The translations under genes were made by a program, and so were the position numbers. A model generated the notes under the pieces. That model saw only the letters and a list, made by a program, of their open reading frames with translations. It did not search any database and was not told the DNA's origin. 64,000 bases of DNA from Klebsormidium nitens (lineage: Eukaryota > Plantae > Klebsormidiophyceae), in the NCBI GenBank assembly GCA_000708835.1, contig DF237122.1:1-64000 (forward strand). Reading direction: 5' to 3'. Within the stretch, counting starts at the first letter, position 1, and each line of letters begins with the position of its first letter. Positions 13,438-29,288 of the stretch are shown here, in pieces.

Positions 13438-15489
13438 GGCTCAAAGCAAAGCTGCAACCGGAGAAAAAATGGACATGAGAATAAAGCAAATGGAACCTGC
13501 AGAACGAATGTCTTTGAAAAAGTGATGGAGTTAATTCTCATTTTCGAAAGCTGTTGTTTTTGACGTTCCCTAACGATAACAGATCTCGCGGATCTAAGAA
13601 CGATGGAGCCCCATAGCAACCCTTCACCAACACCTAGAATGCCCCTGCAGAGCAAAACCCTAAGCAAATCAGAATCCTACACCAGGTTTCACCGATCCAT
13701 GTGAAGGAGACTTTTATCTGAGAATATGTGACAATCCATGCCTCTTTCTCAAGCATCCCCAATTCTCAATCAGACAGAGACTACCTGTCAGACGCGCATG
13801 CAGGCTGCTTTGCTAGGCTTTCAACGACGAAGACTATTCGGATCTAGGAAACTGCATGACTGCGAGGTAAACACCTTTCCTTTGAACGCTGCAGTACCTA
13901 ACATGTCTCATTGCTCAATCCCACCTGAAACAAGTTGGCCGTTCTGGCAAGCTTCGAAGACAGGGGGCTCCTTCGACAGAAGGTGGTCTCTTCAGCGAGC
14001 TTTTGCCTCTGCCGTGTGATGGAAGCTCCGTCAAAAGGAGGGCGTTCGCTATGATTTGGACCCCGGCGATGCGCATTGCCCAGGTCACCCAGTCTCCATG
14101 CTCCGTGCCCGGAACTCGTGCGCGCCCCTTTTGAGCGTGTACCGAATCCTTTCCCAAAGATCTCATCGAGGAGAACAGCTTGCTTTCAAGCTAGCTTAAA
14201 GCAAGACTTATCCTGCCACTGCGGCCATTGCAATTGTAAAACGGGAGTCAAGACTCTCTTTGCCTTCAGTAGAGTCGTCATTCTGCCAGTCCCACTTTAG
14301 TACCAGGTCGTACGCCTTCAGTAATCTGATTTTCGAGCGGGCTTGCCTGATGTCGTCATCATTGGCGCCATGCATGAAAGGTAGTGACGATATAACACCA
14401 AAGATTCACTGGATTCAAAGTGAGTCTGTGTGTACCATAGAGTCCGATTGGAGATGGACTCGAATTGAGAGGCGAAAACGAGCTTGCGTAGGACACATGC
14501 GTGCATTGTCTATACGCAGAGAGTATTGCGCATCGCTAAGGGCCTGGTCGTCGTACTTGAAGCCTGGCAGCCATCATAGAAACTCAAACCTGCGGCACTG
14601 GTGCAAGACGAACAAGCTCTTCGATCATGTATGCTCGTAACAAGCATGCAGCAAATTCGTCTCATGGCTACGACGTACTACAAGGTGTAAGCGGGCCAGT
14701 GCACTGCATTCCACACCATGCAATTGTACGCTCACTTCATCGTGCTATCGTCGATATCATGCTCAACAGATGCATGCATGAGCGCGAGCTAGGGCGAATT
14801 TGCGAGTTTCGGTCCAGTGGCCACCTTGCACTACAATCTGTATATGTGCGTTTGGAGTTGAAAAGAACTGCATGACCAAGATCCTTTTTGCCACGCGATC
14901 ATGCAGATAAGTTCGCCGGCAAGCATTGATTCATGATGATGTGGCATGACCAGGGCGCTCGAGTGGGGCTAGGCTCGCCGGCACAAAGTGATCATTTCAT
15001 TGAGCAGAGGTAATGACTCAAAGAAAACCATGGGGCCGGGTGCTACTAATCCGCAACAACTTTTCGACAAATTCCTTAGAGGAGCACCTAAACGATGATG
15101 AATAGCTTTCCTTCTGTCTGAAACATCGTTATTTACTCAGGCCGGAACTTACAATGAGCGAGGTGAGCGAGGGTCTCTCCTAACCTCAATGTTGGCAAGC
15201 GCCACGATGAACATGCGACCACGGTCGTTTGGAAAATATTGAGCTTCATGTTCAACGACTCCCTCAGACACCCTTACAGTAAATCCGTTTCTGTCAAGAG
15301 TGAATTCAACACACCAAACGACTTGGCATTGACAGATCTTGAAAGACAAGGGTCTTGACATGAGAACGGTTGTGTTTGATCTTAGTTCCGCCTCCGACTC
15401 GATGCAATCTGCTTATTGTCTGACTAGGGCTTAGCAATCTATATCTTCTCGTAAACAATGGCAATCTTCAGACATTGTTTCCATTCTCT

Positions 15490-20522
<5,033 letters not shown>

Positions 20523-21214
20523 TTTCGATATCAAAGGCCCAGGTTGTGTGTAGGTTTTGCCGACTTTTTGTTTCTCCCAAGATGCACGTCTTCAAACAAG
20601 TTGAGGGTCTGGAGAGAAGATGCGCCCGTGTGTCTGCGCCTGCGCCTGCGCCTCGTGTTTCTTGCTCTGTCGTTGGAGAATGCTCCATGTGACCAAACTC
20701 CAGAGCTCAAGTTGCTCCTACATATTGGGCCAATAATTTTACCATACGACGTCAATCATCGGATGTGAAGAAATCTGATGTTGGTAAAAAACCTCTATTT
20801 AAGATGGAGCATTTCTGAAACTTTGTGCAGGAGCAGACACTATATTCGAGCGGATCCGCATGCACTAAAATCGACCTTCCGCACCAAAAAGCTCTGCTTG
20901 ATACTCAAACCCCGAGGGCCCAGGGCTGAGGCAACACCTTGCAACCTGCCACTGCAGTCTGCAAGTTGCAACTTCAAGAGGCCACCATGCAAGCAAGGCT
21001 GTGACAGGGAGCAGCATTGCTATTAACTGACATGGCAGAGGAAGGGCTTTGGGCAAGCAGCAAGCTGGCCTAGCTCGCAAGGTGGAGAAGTGGCCTGGAA
21101 TTGTCAAGCAGCGTCAGATGTTGTGTGGTGTGACGTTGAGGCCTGCTTACCTTTAACCTGCGGAGGTTGATGGCCAACAAATAAGTTGTCCGTTAAGAAG
21201 AGAGACAGGGTACA

Positions 21215-23048
21215 ATGTCGTGGACAAGCATGCCCTTCCGACCGAACAGGCGGCTGTGGTGTTCACTTGCTTTTGTGTGCTTCTTCGTTGCTGGTGAGCA
21301 TTTCTTTTTGGTCTTTGTGCTGTCATCTTCCCTTGTCCACCGTATAATCACTTCTTTGGTTTCAAGACATTTCAGTCAGAGCTAAGCTCCATTGGTGTGC
21401 GGAAGGGTGAGTGCTGACTCTGAGATCTCAAGCAGCTTAACAAGATGGTTCTCATCAAAAGTAGCAGAGACTTGTCTTTCCCATGCAGCAGAATGTACCA
21501 CCATCTGGCGTGCACAATGATGAGATTATGATCAACATTGGCACACAGATTGCTACACCGTGTGTATGTACTCAGCATTGAACCCCATGTTGCTGCAGGG
21601 GTTGGAAGCGAAGGCGTGGGGGCCTCGTTGCCAAGGGCTAAACGTTCGGTGCGCTCACTGATAGGGACGGCAATTGTAGGTCTGTCTAACGTCAGCTCAC
21701 CGGATGGGGACACTGGAGTAAGAGTTGATTCAGGGGGCAAAATCCCAGGGGAAAAGGAGCCCCCAAAATCCATAGGTGCGGACTTGCTGTTTCAAGGGGC
21801 AGCCCCCCTGCCCTTGCCCACAGTTGACCGGCAATCAAGTGCCGGCCCAGAAGTTGCAGCGGGAACTCCTGTTTCAACCCAACTGCTCTTGAATAGCGCT
21901 CAATCGATTGCACCAACGAGTCCAGTACTCACAACTCTGGGAGAGAAGTCCAGAGCCCCCTCCCAAGCACCCTCCATCGAACCACTTCCCGCGTTTCCTT
22001 CGCCCCCGGAACAGAATAGCGCTCAGTCGCTCGCACCAACAAGTGCGCTTGTTGAGGGGGTACTCCCAAACCTGGAAGAGACGTCCAGCGCTCCTGTTCG
22101 AGGACCCTCCATCGAACCACTGCAAGCAGTTCTGTCACCCCCCAAACAGTTAGTCCACCCACTCGTTGATATAGGTGAACCGGTCTCTGCGCCTGCCCCC
22201 TTGGAGAGTCTGCTGAGCCAAACCGCTGCAAGCGGACCGCAATCGTCACCAGAAACCATACCCACAGTAGCCGCTCTTGCGCATGGACCAGTAGGGCCTG
22301 TCGTTGCCAGTCCCTACAAAGCCACTCCCGTAAGCACGCAGACGGCTGCCTTGGTCGTCGGGAAGGGGTCCAACACACCTGGTTTTGCGCGCGCGGAGGG
22401 GGCCATGAATACACCGCTTGATGGGGAGAGTGGAGATGTGCGGGGTTTTGCAAGCATGCGGGGTCCCCCGGTGGATCAACAAACAGGTATGCATTTGATG
22501 ATTGATAAATGATGATCAGAATGAGGGCAAACTGTGTTGCCCTTCACTGTGCCTGTACTCGTTCCTTTGCGAGCTGTCTGGAGTGGCTTGAAAGCTTGAA
22601 CGACAGAGCGGTGTCCAGATCGTCCTTGAAATATTGATTAGTGTTCTGATGCAGCTTCTTGCAAACTGACAGACACTTTGTTGAGTCGAAGATGCAAGGC
22701 CCTCTCTGTGATCTGATGCTTCTTGTGTCTTAAAGACGTTTTGTTGAGTCTGTGATTGATACTTTTTGTCGTCTTGTTGCCAGGCCCTGTCTGTGAGTGA
22801 TTGATTCTTCTTGTGTTTTTAAGACGTTTTGTTGAGTCTGTGATTGATACTTTTGTCGTCTTAAATGTGCAGGAAGCACGTCAAGTCACCATTCGCATTT
22901 TGGGACATGGTTTGTGGTTTTGATCGGAATCGGTTTGGCCGCTGGCATCCTTGCTGCGGTTGCGATCAAGTTACTGACAATAAGGCGTGCTAAGCGTCAA
23001 CGAGAAGTTTTGCCGCTTGTCCAAGAAACCGAGATGACACTATTGTAG
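21215..23048 (+). CDS. Predicted type-I membrane protein with a Pro/Ala/Ser/Thr-rich (AGP/mucin-like) ectodomain; join(21215..21293,21381..21407,21599..22486,22873..23048)
   Basis: N-terminal hydrophobic stretch (LWCSLAFVCFFVA), long PAST-rich exon, C-terminal TM helix WFVVLIGIGLAAGILAAVAI followed by KLLTIRRAKRQR. Phases are consistent with or without the 27-nt micro-exon. Confidence 0.7.
22697..22862 (+). repeat. Two ~85-bp direct repeats at the 3' end of an intron
   Basis: AGGCCCT...AAGACGTTTTGTTGAGTCTGTGATTGATACTTTT(T)GTCGTCTT occurs at 22697-22775 and 22782-22862. Confidence 0.9.
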
Positions 23049-24414
23049 ACACAGGAGTGTGTTCTTCCTTCAAAAAGGCCTAGCCATTGCTTTTGAACAG
23101 CGCAAGTTCTGTTAGTAGCCTTCTGAGTTGCACACAAGTTGATTGCAGAAATTACATTGAATTAAAGTCAAGGGTCTCTTAAAAAGCCGCAAATGATCGA
23201 CTATGACAGTTACTCAGTGCTTTTGGACATCGAAGACAACTGATATTTGAAGGCATGCCGTCTCAATATCCGAAAAATCTAAGTTTCACAGCTTTTTTTA
23301 ATTTGCAGTTTTCGAGAATCTAGCACAGCTGAACGAGAAGGATAACAAGTTCGAGCAAGATTAGCTTAAGACGTACAGTCAGCTTGTAAGACCCTCGTTT
23401 GTGAAGAGGAAAGAATTCGCTTCTAGTTTGTAGAACTCGAGTCAAGATATGGAACATTTTCTGAGAGCTTTGTGCCACCAACTTCGACTTTCGTTTGGAC
23501 GTTTCCGACTGCAAAGTTATCAGCAGAAACGTTTCTTGAAAGAGCTTGGGTCGAAGGCTGGCTTCCCCTCGATGTTTCGGCTCTCTAAGCGTTTCAACTT
23601 GAAAGCCTTCTGAGCTCCGGACCAGATTCCGCCCCGTCCGCACTTCATTCCGTTATTCCGTTCAGTCCTTTTCACGAGCGGAACAGAACATCCGGCAAGC
23701 TTGCCAACCGGGCCCGCTTGCTGCTGCCAGTCATTCTTCGTCAGTGCGCTTCCTTGAGGACACAATCGGGTTGGTTTTCCCTTTGTTAATGTCTATGGCT
23801 TTTATGGATTTGCGATATCGCGAGGTTCTCACGCGATCAAGCGTTTCCTGGCCGGACATCAAAACTCCGCTCTAGCTTGGACACTGTCGCCGCGTGAGAT
23901 CCGACACTGTGCACTTTGAATCTGGTCTCATTGATCAACCGACCGCAGAAAACTTTCGAATCTTGTTGCCAGCTACTTCAAGTTATCAGTAAGATGAGCT
24001 TAGTGGGAAGCATAACCGTACTCTCTATGTAGCTCGATTACTATGCATCACTTGCGACGTATAGACTCGAATTAGACGGCTTCATGCAGCCAGGAGTGCC
24101 ACGGTGTCATGTAAAGGACCTGCCAGCCCGTGCCAGAGCTTGGCATGTCTAGGGCCCAATGTTCACATTTTATTGTGCATGCAAGTTGCACAAATTATTC
24201 GTTATGGTCACTCCGGTGAACCGCAGATCTATGGGACAGTGGTATAGCAAGCGGGCGGCCACTTGCGCATCCGTGATCAAATTAAGGACTTAATCAAGAT
24301 CTGAGTGATGCTTCTTCAATCTGATAAACGCATCATGCATGCAATCAACCCAGATCTTAGCTTGCGTGCATGTGCTTCAGCTGCGACGTACCAAGTCGGT
24401 GAGCATATGTCACA

Positions 24415-25697
24415 CACGAGGTAGCTACGGTGCTAAATTACAGCGTCGTGAATTCGGGCATTTACCGTCGATCGGTCGCCCGACGGTCCCGGGATTTACC
24501 CCTGCACCCCGTGAGTACTTCTGAAATCTCACGGGGAATTCCCCGGGTGCGTCCCGGGGTCGCCGGGGGTCGGAACGAGCAATATTCAGGGGATCCCCGG
24601 ATTTTCCCGGGGTAATATGGGGATTTACCTGATAAATATACCAACTTGACGTCACGCCATAAATATTTTAAAGAGATATATACCTGTGGAAATTTACATG
24701 CATGTTGCATTGGGTGTTCTGAGCATGATTACAAAGCGCCATCAAAAGTTGATCCCCAGAAGTGGTAGTTCATGGGGCTTTTGTAAATGTTCCTCCATTT
24801 TGAAGGCGCCCCATGAAAATTACACAAAGCTCCTCCTTCATACAGCTTTGGGGAGGAGGATGAAGTGGGCCGTGGCCAAACCCGCCCGGTTGAAGCCTTA
24901 TCAGAATGTGGTACGTCCTGTCCACGCTCGCCGACTCGCGAGTAGGTACCGTCGGTCCGCCTTAGTACGGTATTAGCAGTGACTCTCGACTCGAGTACCG
25001 CATAGGTAGGTGTCTAGGCGGGTACCTACCGGTTTTCCGAGTGGGTACCATGAAAAGGCATGTACCGTACACTGTTGAATGCTAACCCAGGGCCTAGGCC
25101 CTTTTACTACCTATCTTCCGTATAGCTGACCCAGAGCGGTTATCGAGCGATCGGTTTACCGTATTACCTTACCGGTATTCTGACATATAGATACCTACGG
25201 TACCTACGTCGTGACTCGTACCGGCGTACCATTGAAGCCAAAGTCATGTGGGTACCTATTTCTCGTGGTAGGACCCACACCGGTCCCGACCGCTACAGGT
25301 AAAATAGGGGGTTAAGCTAAAGGTAGGTACCGGCGGTAGCCTACTCAGGTAGTACCTACGGTACCTACCTAGTAATACCTACCTGGGTATATATATAAGT
25401 AATGTACCCGTAAGTACTCCTACCTACGGTACCTTGCTACCGTGTGCGCGGCGTCCGGGATAGTGCCGTTGACTATCTTTCAAACTAGTGGTATCGAATC
25501 GAAAGTTGAGACTTGCGGCCTCGGTTTGGCTCCCCGTAGGACTCTCGCGCCGTCCCACGACGGTGCCGCGATGATCCCCTTGCGAAAATTGTATCAATTT
25601 GGACCTCGCGTGGGCGGTCCCGGGACGGACCCGGCACCGACCCCCGTGAATTGCCGCAATTCACGAGGATCAAATAAAGCACCGTAGATATCTCGTG
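24415..25697. mobile_element. Putative non-autonomous terminal-inverted-repeat element (~1.28 kb)
   Basis: Left end CACGAGgTAgCTACGGTGCTaaATTacagCgTCGTGAATT matches the reverse complement of the right end (CACGAGaTAtCTACGGTGCTttATTtgatCcTCGTGAATT). Internal hairpins and a GGTACC-rich core. No transposase ORF. Confidence 0.5.
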
Positions 25698-26286
25698 CAT
25701 GTGCCAGGCGGCTTGAGCTAGCGCATGATTGTAAAGACCGTATCATGAATATATTGATAAACCCATCAGTGTATGGACGGCATCCAATCCGACCTGAGGG
25801 TAATTTACCACATCAATCTTTCTTGCATGCTCTAGCTAGGAATGTGGCCGAATCCTTCTGGAGTTATGGCGGGCCCCTCTAAAACACCCCTAGCAAACAA
25901 AGTGGTCTGCAGCAGAAACTTGAGGTTATGCCCGACCTTAAGTTCCTACTCCACTTTTACTATGGCCCTCACTTACCATTCGAGAGGTGAATCCCACCAG
26001 GTTTAAAGTGCTTTTAAGCGCAGGTTTATCGGTTTATCAATTGTCTCCGGTAGATAGTCTTCATAATCTATACATACAGATGGCTCCTACACGCGATCCT
26101 AGTCTGACCTCGATCTATCACCTTCACCTCAGTTTATCGCTGCTCTAATGATACCTGTGCGGGCAACTTGTGAAATGTTCACTTGGTTGTATGTTTATGA
26201 TTAATAAATAGTGTGTCTGCGGATTCATCATGACGTTAAGAATCAGGGATTCATTTGTGATTTCTGGACATACATGACCGACTGCT

Positions 26287-28456
26287 TTAGAGCGGGGCCT
26301 TCAGAGTAGTTACATCTTGGCTTGCCGTCAATGAGAGATAGCCTGCCTCTAGTCGTTTCTTTGCTTCGCCCAAGATGAAAACAGCGCCAATAATGCGCAG
26401 AGATCGGGGTAGCAATCCACTCCACAGGGACAGCACTCCTCGTTCCTGAAAGGATGTAATCTCTTTTCAATCCACCCTCCCTCGATTGCAGAACCGACGA
26501 TCACAAATCGGACAAGGGTTGCGATGAAGCACGGTTACTTTGTAGTGCAACAGACTGCCAACGGAAAAGCCAGTATGGGAGGTATTTGCGAGGACAACAG
26601 TGAATTTGAAAGACATCCAGCGACTAAGAGGACAAGCCAGGAAGTGAGAAAAGAGGACACACGCACCTTAATCATGGAGGCTGCAGTCCGCGTCACCGAG
26701 CTGTATGCTGGGTTTCCAAGGTTTGCTTGCAACTTCGTTTTGATGGCATCAACCTGGAGATCCAAGGAAAGGGATATGGTGGGCAAGAAAAATGTATGCG
26801 CACTTTTTGCAACAAGTGGGGAGCCTTGTTTCAAGCTCGTTGTATCTTGGACTTTCAAGAATCATGACGAAATCTAGTCGAATGAATGGAACGACGACTG
26901 CACGGTGACCGCGCGGTGTGAATGGAGAGCGCTGCCGCTTGAAGAAAGCGGACCACGACAAAGATATACAAAATTGGTACTGATAAGACAAGTATGCAGT
27001 TCACGCTGCAGAGAGTTGGACTAGATATGTACCGGTTGAGTCAGGCCTGCCGCTGCAAGGCCTGAGACGATGGAGGCGACCACCATTGCTGCCACTGGAC
27101 GATCTGCGAACAACCCTGGCTGGAGCTGCTGCAGCTTTGAGCAGATGAGCGGGTTGGCACCCAGGTATGTGCCAGTGTATATACTCTCTCGGATGACAGT
27201 GGGGCCCTGACAAATATCAAAGACGGCATAATTCCAGAGTTAGCTGACGAACCATGAAGAGTACACGCCAGAACCTCGAGTCTTCACTACCTTTTTTCGT
27301 TTCTCAGTCAGCTCGGGTTCCTGACGAAGGGTCGACAAAGAATGGCCATTCTGAAGTCGGAAAGGGAAGGCAGGATGCATTGACAACCACAAAAAGGAAG
27401 CAGCTTTCCAGATTGTAGATGTCCTTTGAACCAAGGGACCAAAAATGCCTCAGGCCCAGCTCGATTTTGCGTGGTCGTCCTGGGGCAGGGAATGAAACCA
27501 AAGCAACTTCAAATCATCAAGGTCATTCTACAAATGCTGAGCTGATAGATTCAAAATTTGAAAGATGAAAGTTGAACGGTCAGACCTGCAGGCGAGAAGG
27601 CAGACCACATCTTTTCTAAGCAGAAGGATCTCAGAATTTGAAAAACAAAGGGTCACAAGACTCCAAAGCAGATGTTGATAACTGGGGGTTAGCCCTTAGC
27701 CTGCAGGCTGAACTTAGGACTGAAGGAAGACTTCAAACCAGGAAGAGGTGTTCCAAGCACTGAGGTCCTCATTCTATACTCACCAGCCCTTTGGCGAATG
27801 CCGTGACCCCGTGCTGTTGCACCACTTGCCTAAGCTGGCTCGCCAGAGAACCCCCTTGCTTCTGCTGCTGAATCATGATGAGCTCAGCGGGACATCCGAC
27901 CAGCGCAGACACCGCACCCGCAGATGCTGCAACCCCGATCTTGCCAGCATCAGAGACTTTGCGACCTCTTGCCAGCAAAGCTTCTGAGAGGAGCTTATCT
28001 ACCCCAAACTGGATAGCATTTATTGGGGCCATCGAGCCAGCATTCACGAGCGCCCCTCTGTACAACTGCGCCGGGCGAGTCCAGGGTACCGGTCTGTTGT
28101 CCTGCACATGGAAAGACAGTCTGGTCATGTGTGACTTTGGAGCTGGACCTTTGAACGCCTCCTACGACCGCCTGGGGGTCTTTCTTGAAGCTTTACTTTT
28201 TGAACGGGCAATGAGGAGATCAAGGACACTTCACTTGAATTGCATTGAGCATCTAAATCTAACAAAATCATGTGATCCAACTTCTAAACATATGCAGAGG
28301 CCAAGATCAAGAGACTAGCCGTACCTGAACTGCATTCTTCCAGGCCACATGAGGCTGCTGCAGGGCAACTTCAATGACTCCAGCTAGTGCGCCTATTCCA
28401 GATGAAACTCCTGGAGATATGATAGTAGTACGATCTTTTGACGACTTGGCAGCCAT
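26287..28456 (-). CDS. Mitochondrial carrier family (SLC25) protein, ~289 aa; complement(join(26287..26445,26667..26753,27033..27206,27784..28101,28325..28456))
   Basis: Three carrier repeats with signature-like motifs QQPHVAWKN, CPAELIMIQQQ and QPVDAIKTKLQ, plus LYRG, IRES and LWSGLLPRSLR. Junctions are in phase. Confidence 0.9.
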
Positions 28457-29063
28457 GATGCAACTCTGACCAACAGATGGTTTGGAGCCTCGCAAACCCT
28501 AAATTGGGATGAGCTTCAACAGGTGGGCGTCTTGTCCTGTGAGCGATCAAGGGAAGAAACGAAGCCAAAGAAAGAGGCCTCTCTGCCGTTCTGCTGCAAC
28601 ATTATCAGCGGCGTTGCAATTGTCAAATACACTTCTCCCATTGCGGCGCAAACGTGGGGCTTGTTGATCCTCGTCTTCTCACTGGAAGAATGAACATTGG
28701 ATCTTCAACAGGCCCCATGAACTCAAGTTTCATCAGATCTCCTCCAAACCGCGTCCTGCTGCACCAGCTGTGAGTCCGCCCCGCCATGGCATGGGGGAGA
28801 TGATGCTCAGCTCAAATGCGACCTGCCACGTCCGCCATGACCATAGCCGCGTCAGGTTAGCGCGGATGCGCAACTTCTTTTTCAAGTTTCAATGATTCTT
28901 TTTGGCCAAGCTTTACTAATTAATAGAATGCGGCTTGAGTTTGCTGTGAATCAGATCGAAGATTCTCAATGTGGAAGGTGTGGTTTGGACTAAACGAGGG
29001 GTTATCGATCTTCTAACCCAGCACCTCTATTTTACGGTAGCTCGCGAGCACCTAGACTCTAGA

Positions 29064-29091
29064 GCCCTCTGCCCTCTGCCCTCTGCCCTCT
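29064..29091. repeat. (GCCCTCT)4 heptamer in the carrier/CSK divergent promoter region
   Basis: Four perfect copies. Confidence 0.9.
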
Positions 29092-29288
29092 GACATCTGA
29101 CTCTGTTCGATTGAATTTGAATGCTACCTACTTCAAATTCATTGGCGTTGCGCTCCGGCATGGTGAACACACACGCATCTTGACGTGGAGCAGAAGAAGC
29201 TGAGACGCCCCAACGCAAAGCATTATTCGGTCAGTGTCTACAGGGCCATGCAAAGGGCCGCTATGTAGCAAAGGCTACAATCTGACTG

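Noticed and set aside
13654-13663. AAAACCCTAA as a telomerase RNA template or telomeric repeat
   Set aside because: Single short copy; such telo-box words are common upstream of genes, and there is no supporting structure
21376-21407. 31-nt version of the micro-exon using the first AG
   Set aside because: Ends in phase 2, which is incompatible with the next exon
24945-25433. CRISPR-like array
   Set aside because: Eukaryotic context; motifs are short, irregularly spaced and in both orientations, with no repeat-spacer periodicity
25645-25690. Helitron 3' end (hairpin near the terminus)
   Set aside because: The terminus is CCGTAG rather than CTRR, and it pairs with an inverted left end, which fits a TIR element better
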